DNA of 64,000 nucleotides from Verrucomicrobiia bacterium (lineage in GTDB: Bacteria; Verrucomicrobiota; Verrucomicrobiia; JABWAM01), in assembly GCA_028687435.1 (NCBI GenBank), contig JAQUAF010000022.1, forward strand, positions 398-64,397. The letters run 5' to 3'. Position numbers and translations under genes: made by a program. Below, piece by piece: positions 63,189-64,000 of this stretch; position 1 is the first letter of the stretch; each line of letters opens with the position of its first letter. The notes beneath the pieces are model-generated. The model did not search any database. It was not told the origin of the DNA and worked only from the letters and a program-made list of their open reading frames with translations.

Positions 63189-63860
63189 ACGGAAAAATCT
63201 TGACTGATTTTTGTCTGATAGGCAGCCTGCTTGAATATTACGATAAAAAAAACAGGTAATACCAATTATGCTTTTGCTGTTTCAAAAAGGCGGTCCCATC
63301 ATGTGGCCGTTGTTGCTGACGTCGCTGGTGGCGGTGACGGTGGTGTTGGAGCGCTGGCTGTTTGTCTGGCGGTTGAAGAGGGATCGGCAACCGGAGGTGG
63401 TGGAGGCCATTTTGGAGAGGGTTGAGCGCGGGGAGATGGAGGAGGCGGCGCGGGCGGGGGAGGGCAGCCCCGATTTTGTGGCGCGCACGCTGGCTTATGG
63501 GTTGTCCCACCGGGGCAAATCGCTTTCCCATGCGATTCTTCACGCGGCGGGGCAGGAGTTGAGGCAATTCAGCCGGGGATTGCCGGTGCTCGACACCATC
63601 ATCACCCTGGCGCCCCTGCTGGGATTGCTGGGAACGGTGACCGGCATGATTCGCTCCTTTGGGTTGCTGGGGGCCGAACAATTGAGCGCGCCGGTGGCGA
63701 TCACCGGAGGCATTGCCGAGGCGCTGATCGCCACGGCGTTTGGCCTGGGAATCGCGATCGTGGCGTTGATCCCTTTTAACCACTTGAACGCGCTTCTCGA
63801 ACAGGCGCGGCACGAGATGCAGGACGCCGCCACGCATCTCGAGTTGCTTTGCGTCAAGCG
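63189..63860 (+). repeat. copy 2 of the ~670 bp exbB duplication
   Basis: Aligns to 12216-12889 from ACGGAAAAA(A/T)CTTGACTG through GAGTTGCTTTG. Confidence 0.85.
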
Positions 63861-63891
63861 GGATGCTTCACCCCAGGATTCCAAATCTTGA
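63268..63891 (+). CDS. exbB: MotA/TolQ/ExbB proton-channel protein (second copy)
   Basis: Protein identical to exbB-1 from SRGLPVLDTII to THLELLCV. The N-terminal half has scattered substitutions and the C-terminal tail differs. Confidence 0.85.
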   Translation: MLLLFQKGGPIMWPLLLTSLVAVTVVLERWLFVWRLKRDRQPEVVEAILERVERGEMEEAARAGEGSPDFVARTLAYGLSHRGKSLSHAILHAAGQELRQFSRGLPVLDTIITLAPLLGLLGTVTGMIRSFGLLGAEQLSAPVAITGGIAEALIATAFGLGIAIVALIPFNHLNALLEQARHEMQDAATHLELLCVKRDASPQDSKS

Positions 63892-64000
63892 TGTTAAGGA
63901 ATTTCAATGTTTGGCGAAAAAATGAATTGGAGATGGATTTTTTGACAGGATTTTTATACAAGAGGCGGACCTCCCCAACCCCTCCTTGTCAAGGAGGGGC

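Noticed and set aside
1-64000. Search for CRISPR arrays, tRNA/rRNA genes, transposases, integrases, and toxin-antitoxin or other defence modules
   Set aside because: I saw no regularly spaced direct repeats, no tRNA T-arm-like GGTTCGAATCC motifs, no rRNA-like stretches and no recombinase or defence-domain signatures. This was an eye scan only, so tRNAscan-SE, Infernal, and a defence-system finder such as PADLOC or DefenseFinder should confirm it.

Overview
Densely coding chromosomal DNA from a moderately GC-rich diderm bacterium. It is probably an anaerobe with a PVC-superphylum flavour, judging by a Bat/aerotolerance-type VWA/DUF4159/transglutaminase block, a DUF1559-like H-X9-DG protein, heavy sigma-54 usage and many Fe-S genes. 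That taxonomic call is inference only. I recognised about 60 protein genes and no rRNA, tRNA, CRISPR array, transposase or integrase.

Blocks in order:
- 1-8.2 kb: Bat-like envelope genes and a transglutaminase.
- 8.2-14.3 kb: a GGDEF cyclase, a URO-D/MtaA-family gene divergent from a PocR-AraC regulator, and exbB-exbD-tonB.
- 14.4-20.1 kb, minus strand: a NifX-like / MinD-ferredoxin / IscU-Mrp-NifX / SAM-methyltransferase / MBL operon.
- 20.5-31.1 kb: a class-III aminotransferase, an orphan group-4-type [NiFe]-hydrogenase large-subunit homologue, thrS, two DUF5320 genes, an iron-sulfur flavoprotein, a radical SAM gene, a thioesterase, a PAS sigma-54 activator and an HMGL-like aldolase.
- 31.2-37.1 kb: housekeeping and sugar-type genes.
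- 37.2-48.2 kb, minus strand: a long metal operon (porin, ZnuABC-like importer, three SPFH proteins, P1B ATPase, bioB).
- 48.3-53.5 kb: DtxR-FeoA, feoAB, a Cys-rich peptide, hemP and oprB.
- 54.1-62.8 kb: a cobalamin-riboswitch-led cluster.
- Window end: an nrdJ remnant and a second exbB copy.

Best leads:
1. The riboswitch cluster, which encodes a TonB-dependent receptor, a DUF2162-like protein, an ExbB-like channel, a DUF2149-like protein and an exported CobN-like giant protein (Hmu-like).
2. Five hand-found TGGCA[CT]-N5-NTGCT sigma-54 promoter candidates tying the Fe-S, hydrogenase-like, aminotransferase and aldolase genes to one enhancer-binding protein.
3. The importer + SPFH + P-type ATPase operon.
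4. Segmental duplications with gene remnants at their junctions.

All calls come from reading motifs by eye. Motif coordinates were hand-counted and no database search was run.
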